The notes under the pieces: model-generated
Database searches by the model: none
Told to the model about the DNA's origin: nothing
The model's input: only the letters and a program-made list of their open reading frames with translations
Part shown: one piece after another, positions 24,928 through 36,491 of the stretch
Layout: the number at the start of each line of letters is the position of its first letter
How positions within the stretch are numbered: the stretch's first letter is position 1
Program-made: the position numbers and the translations under genes
Assembly (NCBI GenBank): GCA_964188305.1
Contig: OZ076886.1
DNA from: Podarcis bocagei
Lineage: Eukaryota
Direction: 5' to 3' (one strand)
DNA length: 64,000 nucleotides

Positions 24928-25093
24928 GTAAGTGCAGGTTGCCTACAATGCTCTGGCCCCTTTTCCAACCGTGCGCTATGAAGAGAGCTCAGTTTGTTTT
25001 GTTTTCAAAGCACCTGAGTGGCACCACTTTTTCAGAGGTTTGATACAGCTTTGAAAAAGAAAAACAACCAGTAGAACTCTCTTCAGAAATGAA

Positions 25094-25683
25094 TGTCAGG
25101 AACCAGAGCCAGGAGTAGGTCAGAAGAAAAAAAACCAGGGCCAGTGAAGTTAGCTCTTTATTCAAAGAAACCAAAATAGCACAGGCCTAGTGATCACAGC
25201 AACTCTTCCCAGTAGGTCTTGCCCCAGTGAGGCAGTTGCAAGGACTGAAGGTCGCCACTTTCCCACCACTCTGTAAGGTTCCTCTTCAACTTCTTTCCCT
25301 CAGCAGCCTAAGGCTCTGTTGTCTTGTCTCTCATTGCTCTGTCCTCCTAATTTCTCTGCATGTTCTGGGAGACCAGGAAGGACACGGAGCTGGTCATAGT
25401 AGGAGTGGGGGACTCCCTGGCTTCTTCAGCAGCCTACTTCATCTCTGTCCCATGCCCCCCTCCCTCTTCTGCCTCTGATTCTGGACTGCGCTCTGCCCCA
25501 TGCTCTCCCTGCTCACTAAATCCTGTTGCCACTTCAGCTTCTGACACTTCCTCCTCCCAATCTACTCCCTCTTCTCCCTCGGACGACCCATTGTCGTCCC
25601 ACCACCACTCCTCCTGGCTCTGAGTCTTCTTCCCTTGGGGGTTCCCCAGCTTGTGTCTCCTGCCATCCAACCAGTCCATGACA
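25094..25683 (-). mobile_element. solo LTR (Gypsy-like), 590 bp
   Basis: TGTCA...TGACA termini; 5-bp TSD atgaa/atgag; AATAAA on - near its 3' end. Confidence 0.7.
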
Positions 25684-26132
25684 ATGAGTGTGCTCATTGT
25701 CATGTGCTTCTTGGAAAGCAGCTCCATGTGGGAGGGAATGTTCCCAACCCCCAAATTTGATCCCTTCTGAGAACTGTGCTCAATACAAGGGAATACTGTG
25801 AGGCTTGAGGCTGGTTGCGTTTCACCAGCTCCACCACATCAAATGTTGGGTGGAACACTACAGATCTGTGAAAGCAAAATAATTCTTGTTCAACCTCATG
25901 TCAGCAGATCAGCAAGCTGTGGAGGGGAACCACAGAACAATAATAATTGGCTTTTGCCATTCTTCCACCACCTTTTGACTTCTGTTTGTTCCACCACTCC
26001 AGCAGCTACCAAGAGCAGCAGTATTCTCTGTGGGGTGAAGGAATGGATGCAGTTTTGATTATCTCCCAGCCTAGGAATACATTTCATAGTGCTGCTTCAG
26101 TTTTATCCTGAATGCCTGTCTTCCTCCTACAG

Positions 26133-26210
26133 ATTTGCTTTGAGGGGCGCTGTAGAAACACCTCCTTCTTTGACACTGGAGACTGTGGGAAGAAGTGCAA
26201 TGGCCATGGA
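26133..26210 (+). CDS. ADAM19: ADAM19 exon 17, ICFEGRCRNTSFFDTGDCGKKCNGHG
   Basis: Acceptor cctacag, donor gtaggt; 78 nt. Confidence 0.95.
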
Positions 26211-27112
26211 GTAGGTATCTTGGTTTCTGCCTTCTTAATACAAAACTCTGTGCTACTTTCCCATTCAACTAGTGATTTCTATTTCTATCTGTAGGAGGAA
26301 ATATATTGATTTCACTGATACATGCAGTGCCTCAGGACATAACCCCTGCATAAATAAACTGATGTGAGCAAAGCTCAACTGGTTCAGACCCTGGCCCACC
26401 TCAAAAAAAGTAAAATTGGTTTATAAATCCTCTGAAAACTGATTCCTCCTCCATAGCTAGTGTTATTCCAGAACATCTGGAGGGCACCATGCTAGCTGCT
26501 CTGCCCTGTGGCCTGCTAGAATGGCTTCCTGTGCAACTGCATGCATTTATGGATGGGCTTTCAAACATAGATGTCTAATTGAGGTCTTCATGGATTTGTT
26601 TGGCATAGGAGGACTGTTGAGTGTTATGTAGACTTTGAATAGCATGTGTTCGATGTGCTAGCTGTTCTTAAGCCATGTTGCAGTTTTTGAGAAGAAGCTA
26701 TCCACACCCATCAGGGCCAGACAATGTTACGGGAAACATTTGCTGGGAGGTTAAAAATAGTGGAAAGTCAGTTTGGTCCCATTTCGGGAATGTGCATATA
26801 TCCCAGTATACTTTTGAAGGGTGAAAACATATCCATTGGAACTTGGTTGGTAGAAATGATAGGAATTTCCATTGCAATTCTTAGGAAGGCTGGGTGGTAT
26901 TAGACATGACTTTTGAGGGGTGGGGATGGGGGAGATGAGACATTCTTCATATAGATGTAGTGTTGTTGAGCCCTAACAGTTGTCAACAGAAGGCACAAGT
27001 GCTCCTTACAAATCCACCTTGCTGTGCTTTTGGATTGGAATGATCATAGTGTGTGATGTTTCTGCTAACAAGGAAAGGGTAATGTCAAATTTCCTCATTG
27101 TTCTCTCTACAG

Positions 27113-27221
27113 ATTTGCAACAACAACCAGAACTGCCATTGTTTCAGTGGATGGGCACCTCCATTTTGCAATAAACCTGGGAATGGAGGAAGCCTGGACA
27201 GTGGGCCCATGCCTCAAAAAA
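27113..27221 (+). CDS. ADAM19: ADAM19 exon 18, EGF-like [36 protein letters not shown]
   Basis: Acceptor ctctacag, donor gtgggt; 109 nt; phase 1 fits the next exon. Confidence 0.93.
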
Positions 27222-27399
27222 GTGGGTGCGACTTATGTTATTTGGGGAAATTAAGGAAATCTGAAGGGAGTGGGAGGGAATTAAGGTAACTAGATACAAT
27301 AGAGGGCAAGGGAACCTGTACCTATATAGCTGAATGGGCGATGGAATTTGGCAGGCAGATTTTTGTCATAACTCCAGATTCTAGCAGCTATAGAAAACT

Positions 27400-27713
27400 G
27401 CCTTATAATGAGTCAGAACATTGGTCCCTCTAGCACAGTATTGTCTACACCAGCCTTTCTCAACCTTGGGTCTCCATATGTTCTTGGACTACAACTACCA
27501 TCATCCTTGCTAGCTATGGATGATGGGAATTGTAGTCCAACAGCATCTGGGGCCTCACATCCTGGATAGTTGCTGCTGGTCCGCTACACAGACCAGCAGC
27601 AGCTATCCAGGATGTGAGGAAGAAGTCTATCCCAGATCTACCTGGAGATGCCAGGGATTGAACCTGGAACCTTCTGTTTGCAAGGCACGTGCTGTACCAC
27701 TGAGCTATGGCCC
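27400..27713 (-). mobile_element. old tRNA-derived SINE interrupted by a hAT MITE (~27451-27577)
   Basis: - strand head gggccatagctcagtggtacagcac...ggttcaatccc; MITE core actacaactaccatca / tgatgggaattgtagt. Confidence 0.6.
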
Positions 27714-28303
27714 AGAGACTCCAACTAAGGAACTAGACCAGCTGCTGGAGATTGGGACACTGTTGAGTCTAAGGCTGACAGACAGGAGCCAATAGAACAA
27801 GCTCCCAAGTCACCAGGGCTTGTAGGGCCAGTGCTGAGACCCTCACAGGACCTTTCCCTGAATCTGTAGGAACCAAATGCATCCTACAGTATCTTACCCA
27901 TCCAGCAGTGCACGGAGCACACACCTGGCATGAGGCTATGGAATGGGGAGGAGTGCCCACCTTCAGGCCAAAGGGTTGGCCTTTTAATAATCCACAGGGG
28001 GTAGAGCCTGGAAGGGGTGGTATGGGAGTAGAGGTTTAAAGCCTGGGTCTGCGCTCAACCTGGTTGGGGCAAGTTGCTCTCTTGGAGCTGTCTGTGGTCC
28101 TGTAACTCCTAACCTACCTTGACTTGTGGCATCTGGCATCTGGGCATAGCAAGTTCCTGGGCAACATTATGACATAAGTAGAACTTACTGAAATTCCCTC
28201 TTCCTCTCACTGGTCACCAAGGTATGGGGTGGGGGTGGGGGTGGAAATAATGTGAAAGGAGGACTTATAACAATATTGATATGTCTATTTCCCCCCCTGT
28301 TAG

Positions 28304-28445
28304 GTCCTTTCCCAATCATAATAGGAGTCCTTTCCATCTTGCTTTTGATTGCAATTGGAGTTGCTTTTTGCTGCTATAAATGGAGAGCCAGGCTTGTGCC
28401 ACTAAAGCAGGCTTTCATTCCTCCAAAGAAAATGCAGCAGTTCAG
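28304..28445 (+). CDS. ADAM19: ADAM19 exon 19, transmembrane helix IIIGVLSILLLIAIGVAFCCY plus juxtamembrane region
   Basis: Acceptor ctgttag, donor gtgaat; 142 nt; hydrophobic helix followed by basic residues and QQF. Confidence 0.92.
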
Positions 28446-29119
28446 GTGAATATTTATAGTATGACAGCAACAGATGTGTTTCCATTTCTCATGCCGGGAT
28501 AAAGAAGTCTGGGATTGCATGTGCAAGTTGCCTTGCGCACCATGCACCTTGGAGAAAGACCAGGATACGGATAGACTGATAAACAAATGTATTTCTTGCA
28601 TATGCAACAACAAAGATATATATACTGAAAAGGGAAGATGTTTAAACTAGTTCCTTTCTTCTTTTATGAAATTCCAATTACTTCCCACCTCAGACATTTA
28701 GCCCATTTAGTGTTCATCATGCAGAGACTTCCTGCTGCAAAATTTAGTTTATCAACAGTACTCGCTGCCAGTAAATGAGCCTGGATTATTACAGTTGAGT
28801 TGGCCAGATTATTATAATTGTTATTTATAATTATATTCACTTCTTAGTCTCCTTTTTTAACTTACAAAAAATAAACTCAAATCAACTTACAATATATATT
28901 GGCCTCTTGCAAAAACGTTGTTCCAATAATCTAAATTAGGATAGAATGGGAACCAGACACCTCAGTCTGGCTCCCATTCTATCCTAAATTAGATTATTTG
29001 GGTTTGTTGTTTTTGATACATGATTCTGACTCAGCTACATGAAATGGTTAAATACCATGGTTATACCATGAGAGGCAGCTTCCTTGTAATATTTGTTTCC
29101 TGTTGTTTTCCCCAAGCAG

Positions 29120-29201
29120 TACCGCTCCTCCCATTCAGAGTGGTGTGACTGGGCATGCCAACCCAGCCTTCAAGCTGAAAACCCCCCAGGAACAGAGAAA
29201 G
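29120..29201 (+). CDS. ADAM19: ADAM19 exon 20, TAPPIQSGVTGHANPAFKLKTPQEQRK
   Basis: Tandem acceptor aagcag (start 29117 or 29120), donor gtacct; resembles human GTGHANPTFKLQTPQGKRK. Confidence 0.9.
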
Positions 29202-29262
29202 GTACCTGAAAGCTGAAACTACTTACAGCTGCCATGTTGAATAACACCTGATCTTCTCTATA

Positions 29263-29504
29263 CAGTAGAACCTTGGTTCTCGAACAGCTTAGTTGACAAA
29301 CAAATTGGCTCCCGAACGCCGCAAACCTGGAAGTAAGGGTACCAGTTTGCAAATGTTTTTCGGAAGCCAAACATCCGACATGGCTTCTGCTTCAGTGCAG
29401 GAAGTTCCTACAGCCAATTGGAAGCCGCACCTTGGTTTTCGAACAGTTCTGGGAGTCAAACAGATTCCTGGAATGGATAAAGTTTGAGAACCAAGGTACC
29501 ACTG
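29263..29504. mobile_element. Tc1/mariner (Tigger/pogo-like) MITE
   Basis: TA|cagtagaaccttggttctcgaac ... gtttgagaaccaaggtaccactg|TA. Confidence 0.85.
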
Positions 29505-29567
29505 TATTGCTAACCCAGTATTGATCCAAGCTGATAATTCCCATGCGTTATAAAACACATGATCCAG

Positions 29568-29607
<40 letters not shown>
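29568..29607. repeat. (TCAA)10 microsatellite
   Basis: Direct reading. Confidence 0.97.
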
Positions 29608-29609
<2 letters not shown>

Positions 29610-29929
29610 TGCTGGAACTGCAAAGCTGCTTCTCTTGCTACATCCTAGAGACACAAGATGAAAGTGATTGTTTAGGGAACCTCTTTGGGCTCTCGTGAGC
29701 ACCTTTTCTCACGGTAAATGATTGCCTGCAAGCATTTGATCCAGCATGAATGTATTAATGTCAATGTTTTAAATAATTCATTTGTATTGTTTATATTAGA
29801 TGTAACTCACCCTAAGGGCTTTAATGGAGCCAAGTAGTGGGAGAGAAATTGCAAAAATTCATAAATAAACACAAGGAGTGCTCAGGGAACAAAATGTATA
29901 TGGGACCAGGACTTTGTGTACTTTTAAAG

Positions 29930-29930
<1 letters not shown>

Positions 29931-29978
<48 letters not shown>
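29931..29978. repeat. (AC)24 microsatellite
   Basis: Direct reading. Confidence 0.98.
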
Positions 29979-29980
<2 letters not shown>

Positions 29981-30232
29981 GATTCCTGGGCACTGCAGTT
30001 TACCCACCACAGGGCTACAATTCCCAGCACCCTTAACGTACTATAGTTTCCAGGATTCTTGGGGGATGCTTTAAATGCATGGTGTTTGTAAGCAGCACTG
30101 AGATTCTGTGGTTGGTTAATAAATCTATTCATATTGGGTCATCTGAAGTGTCTCAGCAGGAGTAAACCTAGACAATGTAAATGCAGGAGTGATTTTAGAA
30201 AGATCACCTGCTTTTTGTGTGATTGCATGCAG

Positions 30233-30466
30233 GCTATTGGCATACAGAATATCCCTGCAAAGCCTGAAGTGCTCTACTGTGAACCACCTCCAGAGCTCAA
30301 AATTCATGCGCAACCACCACCACCACCACCACCACCACCACCTGCACTCCCAGCTAACACAAAGAAACCTCCCTTTCTCGGGTATCAGAGTGAGGCAAAT
30401 AATTTCCCCAAGCGAACTCCTCCAAGCAGGCCAGCGCCACCAGCACCAAAAGTCATTATTTCTCAG
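30233..30466 (+). CDS. ADAM19: ADAM19 exon 21, Pro-rich cytoplasmic tail with P10 tract and PPSRPAPPAP
   Basis: Acceptor gcatgcag, donor gtgagt; 234 nt; 3' part resembles human PPPSRPIPPAPNCIVSQ; acceptor less certain than donor. Confidence 0.85.
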
Positions 30467-31057
30467 GTGAGTATTTTTATACAGATTGATATCTTTAGAC
30501 CCGTGGAAATAACTTGTTCCCAAGGCTTGCTAAAATAGAGTGAATATGTGAGTTAATGGTGCCTAAGAGCTGATTTTGGCCTTACTATTGGTACATATTA
30601 GTAAATGAGGGCTAATAAAACTTTAGAATAGTTAATTATGCTTCAGCATGGAAAAATGCATTTGGTAGAAGCAGGACAGGTATTGCCCCTCCCCACCAAC
30701 TGTGTATATCAACACTGAAAAAACACAGGTATAACTATATTGGCATACATCCTGTTGCCAGTTGGCTGTGCTTCATATGAGCTCAGGCCCAAACTTTTGC
30801 ATGTGTTTTCACATGCAAATGAATTAAGGCCATATTTTTCTTTTCTGAAAAGGAAATCTGGACTTTTGCCTTATTACATGCATTTCTGAAGAATAAAAAT
30901 GCACTGCTCTATTTTCCTGGTGCCTAACATTTCTGTAGATCATAAAGCAGGGAATAGAGATAACACAGAGTTTTGCCCATCCTGGCAACTGGATAGTTGG
31001 AAGGTTGTTGGTTTTTTTTTAAGAAGATCCCTGCTAGATCTTACTTTCTTGTCCCAG

Positions 31058-31198
31058 GATTCTTCCAGACCACGACCACCTCAGAAAGCTCTTCCTGCTA
31101 ATCCAGTTCCTGCCAGCAACAGAGCTGGGTTTCCCAGGATCAATCCAGCAGTACCACCCTCCTACACTGCTGCAAGGAATACGAGAGTACGTCAGGAG
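31058..31198 (+). CDS. ADAM19: ADAM19 exon 22, DSSRPRPPQKALPANPVP...RVRQE
   Basis: Acceptor gtcccag, donor gtgagg; 141 nt; conserved RPRPPQKALPANPVP. Confidence 0.9.
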
Positions 31199-31531
31199 GT
31201 GAGGCATATAAAGGACAACAGATGCTATTATTGCCCAAGGGCTATGTAGCAATATACTTCAGGCCAGAACTCCACCGCGTTCAGTGTCAGGTCTTCAATC
31301 TGTGGCCTTGTCAGCTGACTATGAGATGTTGGGGATTGTCAATCTGGGCCAGTACCATTTTTCTTTGAGGGGCAGAGAGCAGCTACATTTGACTGCTTCT
31401 GTCATATACAAAGGCATTTACAAAAAGGTTTTTTGGGTGGGTGCTTTAGAAAGAAGAATCCAATGTGAGTAGGCTTCCTCCATCCTCTCCTTCTACAGCC
31501 CCCAGCTTGTAACACAGAACTCATAAAACTA

Positions 31532-31739
31532 CAGTGGCACCTTGGTTTAAGAACAGCCCTGTTTATGAACTCAGTATATGAACTCCACAAAACCAGAAGT
31601 AGTGTTCCGGTTAGTGAACTTTACCTCGGTCTATGAACGGAATCCAAACGGTGGAAGGGCACCGGCAGTGGGAGGCCTCATTAAGGAAAACTTGCCTCAG
31701 TTTAAGAATGGCTTAAGTTCGTAAACCGAGGTACCACTG
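31532..31739. mobile_element. Tc1/mariner (Tigger-like) MITE
   Basis: TA|cagtggcaccttggttta ... taaaccgaggtaccactg|TA. Confidence 0.85.
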
Positions 31740-31787
31740 TATATATAATTAAAGCTGAGATACTATAGTTAGCAGCAAGTCCTATTA

Positions 31788-31923
31788 CAGGCATCCCCAA
31801 ACTTGGCCTGCCAGCTGTTTTGGGACTACAGTTCCCATCATCCCTGACCACTGGTCCTGTTAGCTAGGAATGATGGAAGTTATTGTCCCAAAACAGCTGG
31901 AGGGCCAAGTTTGGGGATGACTG
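31788..31923. mobile_element. hAT MITE with perfect 8-bp TSD
   Basis: TSD tcctatta on both sides; TIR caggcatccccaaacttggcc / ggccaagtttggggatgactg. Confidence 0.9.
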
Positions 31924-32102
31924 TCCTATTACATTCAGTGGGCCTTATTTCTGAATAAACACACATCGAATTGGTCTATAACTGTGAAGTGAGAACAGTT
32001 ACAAGAGACTGAAGTATTTCCATTTTAGAGGTGCTGTTTTTCTCTTGCTTCTCTTACCTAAATTAGCATCCATTGAACTCACAGTCATTTTCCCTTTCCT
32101 AG

Positions 32103-32156
32103 AATTCAGTCATGAAGAATGCTGAAGCTGTGAATACCCTGAAATTTAGACATTGA
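32103..32156 (+). CDS. ADAM19: ADAM19 terminal coding exon 23, NSVMKNAEAVNTLKFRH-stop
   Basis: Strong acceptor ttttccctttcctag; phase 0; 17 codons + TGA, same length as the recalled human terminal peptide though sequence is divergent. Confidence 0.7.
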   Translation, partial: NSVMKNAEAVNTLKFRH

Positions 32157-33319
32157 AGGTCATCTTGCAACTCTGAACTCCACACCGGTTCCTCCTTCCT
32201 TGACCTGGGATTTCCCACGGGCTTTGTTTCCAGGAAGAAGACATGCTGGGCATGTGCAAATCTCAACTTCCTCCCCACCCCCCAGCCTTGTATGACTAGC
32301 CGAGACCAATTTCAGGTCCGGTTCTAGCAACCTTGGCACAGGTCGATGACACACCCTTGGACGTCTGTGGGGATTCTATCCATGCATGCCAAGGTTAACG
32401 TGACCTGCTTTGCCTTTTGGATATTTGTTCATTACAGGAGTTACTTGTTTAAAATAGCACTGGTGTGTTATAGTGCAATATGCAATGTGCTGGAACGGAA
32501 GTGGGAGAAGCCTCTATTTCTCCCAGCAATTCATTATCGCCTCAACAGAAGACAAATGTATTTTAGTCAACACTGAGCCACCGCATCCTTCTCAGCTTTT
32601 CCAGCTTTGTTACAACCACAGACAATCCTATGGGGAAGAGAGTGTTGTGGTGCCCCTGTAATGACTTCATCTCCTCCAAAGTACTGTATGGAGACGTAGT
32701 CTGAGCTTGTGGAATTTTGCTACGTACTGACTATATTTATTCCCTCTTTTAAGGAATCTCCCAGGGTTCAGTGCTTTACCTTTGCCCTCTCACCTTCTTA
32801 GCCCAAAGCTTTTCTGGTCATTACGTTCAAGGTTTGAAAGTGTTGGTGGCATAACTATGGTGAGTCCTTCCTCTGCTCTCAACCGCCATCAACCTGTTTG
32901 CATGCGGCATCTTAATTATAGGTTCTGCCCAGCTGCACAGAATGCAAGGCGGGTTTTGTGTGGTGGCACACTGTTCCCATGACACCCCAAAAGAAATGTA
33001 CTCTACCAATCAACCAAATATTAGCAAGGCATTTTAAGAGTTTCCTAGTATTAATTGCAGTTAGTTATCTGTTTTCGCGTGCTACATCTTGTTCATATAA
33101 TCAAGTAACTCAGCTTAGTTTTTGTCTATTTATGGATTGGGCTAGCTCACTCAGGAAATTGGCGCCACTAATTTACCTGAGGATAGTTATCCTCTCCTGA
33201 TGTGATAATCTTGGTTGAGAGTTTACACTCAACACTATCAAGCTAAGGCTTTGAAGCCTATAGCTGATGGGCAGGGTTGAATGCAATTAATTTATTGAAT
33301 GCAATAAATTAATACAAGC

Positions 33320-33438
33320 CAGCCTTCCCCAACCTGGTGCCCCCTGATGTTTTGGACTCCAACGATAGGAGTTCTAACTAGGGTTGTTTGGGAGTTAAGG
33401 TCCAAAACATCCTGGGTGCACCAGGCTTGAGAAGGCTG
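33320..33438. mobile_element. hAT-type MITE in the ADAM19 3' UTR
   Basis: cagccttccccaacctggtgc ... gcaccaggcttgagaaggctg. Confidence 0.65.
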
Positions 33439-35480
33439 ATCGAAACCAACATTGAGTAATTTGGAAATAACCCTTGGTTAAATCTCGGTGTAATTGGAAT
33501 TCCCTTTGCATCTTTCCAATTTGGGGCTGGTGTAAAATGGATTACCAATGGCAAATTTACAATGTGATCAAGCCTTGGACAAGGTACTACAGGTGCTATA
33601 ATCCTAATACTCTTTTCCTATTATTACAGTGGTTTGCTGCATCTCACTTGATTCAACAAAAAATCATAGGCTGTGTGCCTTCTTTCTAGCCTCTGTATTC
33701 CAATTCACCTGTAGGCACCTAATTGGGTGTCTTAACACAGTTCAGCTGGCTAAACAGAAAAATTAACTAATGGTGCTTTTACCATTGGGTAGCTGATTAA
33801 ACCCCAGCTATTTTAATACTGTAACTGGATACCATAGTGCATAAATAACCTCAACTTCCAAATATGCAGCTGCAACATTGTTACCTGTCTGAAGCTTTAT
33901 GAATGTTTTCTCAGGTTTTAGGTGTTTTTGGTGCTTTTGTTGCCCGGTGATATTTTTTCAGTTGGCTTTGCAAATATGCTGGTGCTAAAAATGAGGAACT
34001 GTTTTGTCTAATACCATGAATTGTTAGGAAACTTGAATCAAAACTGCCATAGCCAGTCTTAGAAATGGATCTAGGTGCTGTTTATGCAGAGACTTTCTGT
34101 TTTTTTGGCAGCAGTACAAACTGGTGTTTTCGGTTTTGTTTCTTTAAAAAAAAAAGGCCCTTTGGGCTTAGTTGTCATTTTTCTAGATGAGCCTAAACAA
34201 TTGTAGGCCCAAAACACTATTTCAACAGTCCAAAACTCAGCTTGAGTACGCAAAACAAGGTTTCCTAGAAATTTTCCCAAGTTGTGCACAGTGCAATAAT
34301 TAAGTGGTATCTTAACTATGCATGTACCTACATTGCTCTCATGTTACAGAATAAGTGGTTTATGCTGTCTGCTGCATTATCAATAACAATGCACAAGTGG
34401 TTTTGAGCACTGCATTTCCCCCCCAAATCCTCAGGTTGTGCTCATTAAATTCTTCCAGTTCTAGCACAGAACTGGTGCCACAAAGAACGGTCACTGGAAA
34501 TACAATTAACGCTCCAAAACATTTTTAGTCTAGTTTCAAATATCCCAAATGAATGGTTGTACACATACTAGTGTGCTTTAAACACATGCCAGCAGCCATT
34601 TCAAGACAGAAGGTGTGCGTCTCAGAAAACATAACAGCATCCTGGTCTCTGTCTTTTCAGGTTAAGTCTCAGGCACTCAGTAATCTTCCGTTCAGAACTG
34701 TCACAGGTGAAGACAAAACAGATTTGTTCTGCTAACTTAGTACCTCCCTGAAGCCAATGGCTTTGCTAGGTCTTGGCTTATGCCATCTCAGAATACTTCG
34801 AAGATCAACTCGCTACAATTTCAAGGGGGGGGGGGATTATTCAGAGCTGGAAGGTTATCTTCCTCAAGCATTGCCAAATGTCAATCCAGGCTTACTTTTA
34901 AAATCTCCACAGCAAAGAGACCAGCACTCTGCTTTCCCCTCCCTAATGCTGCCGAAATGTGGCTGTAGGCCCTCTGTCCTCACCTGCTGTAGTGTAAAGG
35001 TAAAGTTTCCTTGGGTGCTACAAGAGATGGCAGGGTAGAGAGATGGTGGCATGCAGATGCTGCCCCATGGAGACAGCCCAGTTTTGCTGAACTTCTTCCT
35101 TACAATGTGTTTTTAAATAGACAGGTTTGGGAACTGGCACCCCTGCTTCAAACAAGGTTGATGAGTGCATCGGAAATCGTTTTGTACTTTCGTGTGTATG
35201 TTGAAAGGATAGATTGGGAGAAGAACATTGTGGTTGCAGTCCTATGCTCACTTACCAAGGAGTAAGGCCTTGTGAATTCAGTGGGACCTACTTCCAAGTA
35301 AACACACACAGGGCTGCACTCAGTGTTTATTAATTATTATTCTTAATTATTATTATTATGGTAGAGCCTCTGCATCATGCGTCACCATTTTATGTCTCGC
35401 AGGTTTACAATATGATCTCTGTGCATCTATGCAAATACTTGAATAATGCAGTTTGTTGTGCCTTTTGCCTAGTTATATTT

Positions 35481-35486
35481 AATAAA
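35481..35486 (+). terminator. candidate ADAM19 polyadenylation signal AATAAA
   Basis: tatttAATAAAttttgtggtc at the end of a T-rich block. Confidence 0.6.
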
Positions 35487-36249
35487 TTTTGTGGTCGATA
35501 TGTACAGTTACTAAATCATTGAACGGAGGGCTGGTCTTGAGAAATGGGGGAGGGCAGGGCTTGCACCACTTCCAGATGTCACCTGTGCTACTGGGTTAGC
35601 CAGATGGTCCTTGTGTGTGGAGAACAGTACATTGGCCGCGCTGCAAATTTATTTCCCAGAACGTCTGAGGTAGAATAAATCAAAAATTATTTATTATCAC
35701 CAGCAGAGGGTGCTGCAATCCCAGTATCTAATTAGCAGCACTTGCCTTCCTGGTTGGTCACAGAGCAAATCTTACAGGAAGCAATACAAGGAAGCAAACA
35801 AAACTTAAAACAATTGAAATTTCCACCTTTTAAGAGTTTGTACAAAAAGATCTTTATTCTTCCCCTCTCCAAGTACAAATGAGTACCATTGAAATGCCAT
35901 ATGTTCAAATTTGGGAGTGGAGGGAGGGGTAAATCCAAGTTGTCCATCATAACTATTCACAACGTTACATTGATCTTATTTAACTGTAAAATACATTCAT
36001 TAGGAATGAAGATCCCCGGAGTTTTAAAAGACCTTTGTAGACAATGAAGAGAACAGACTTTTAGCCCACAGTTGTGGTCTGCCATAGAGTTTTGAAATAT
36101 GACCTCTCAACTGAGTTGGTGACTTTTCATTGATCTCTGATCTGTAGCTTGTACTCATTCAAGATCCATCTCCTCCCTTTTCCAGATGAATGTTATTTGT
36201 CAGCATCAGTGCCAAAGCCAAAATTTCTGGTTGATATTGGAACTCTGTA

Positions 36250-36491
36250 CAGTGGTACCTCGGGTTAAGAACTTAATTCGTTCTGGAGGTCCATTCTTAA
36301 CCTGAAACTGTTCTTAACCTGAGGTACCACCTTAGCTAATGGGGCCTCCTGCTGCCGCCGTGCCACCAGAGCACGATTTCTGTTCACATCCTGAAGCAAA
36401 GTTCTTAGCCCGAGGTACTATTTCTGGGTTAGCGGAGTCTGTAACCTGAAGTGTCTGTAACCTGAAGTGTCTGTAACCCAAGGTACCACTG
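36250..36491. mobile_element. Tc1/mariner (Tigger-like) MITE
   Basis: TA|cagtggtacctcgggtta ... taacccaaggtaccactg|TA. Confidence 0.88.

Larger units (their letters stand above)
32157..35510 (+). other. ADAM19: ADAM19 3' UTR (~3.3 kb)
   Basis: AT-rich, TE-poor region after the stop, ending near AATAAA at 35481 followed by GT/T-rich sequence. Confidence 0.6.

Noticed and set aside
18508-27221. Snake-venom metalloproteinase or another ADAM paralogue
   Set aside because: EGF, transmembrane and cytoplasmic exons are present, the sequence matches ADAM19, and the NIPAL4 synteny agrees.
30189-30523. Poly-His and poly-Trp ORFs
   Set aside because: Alternative frames of the (CCA)n repeat in ADAM19 exon 21.
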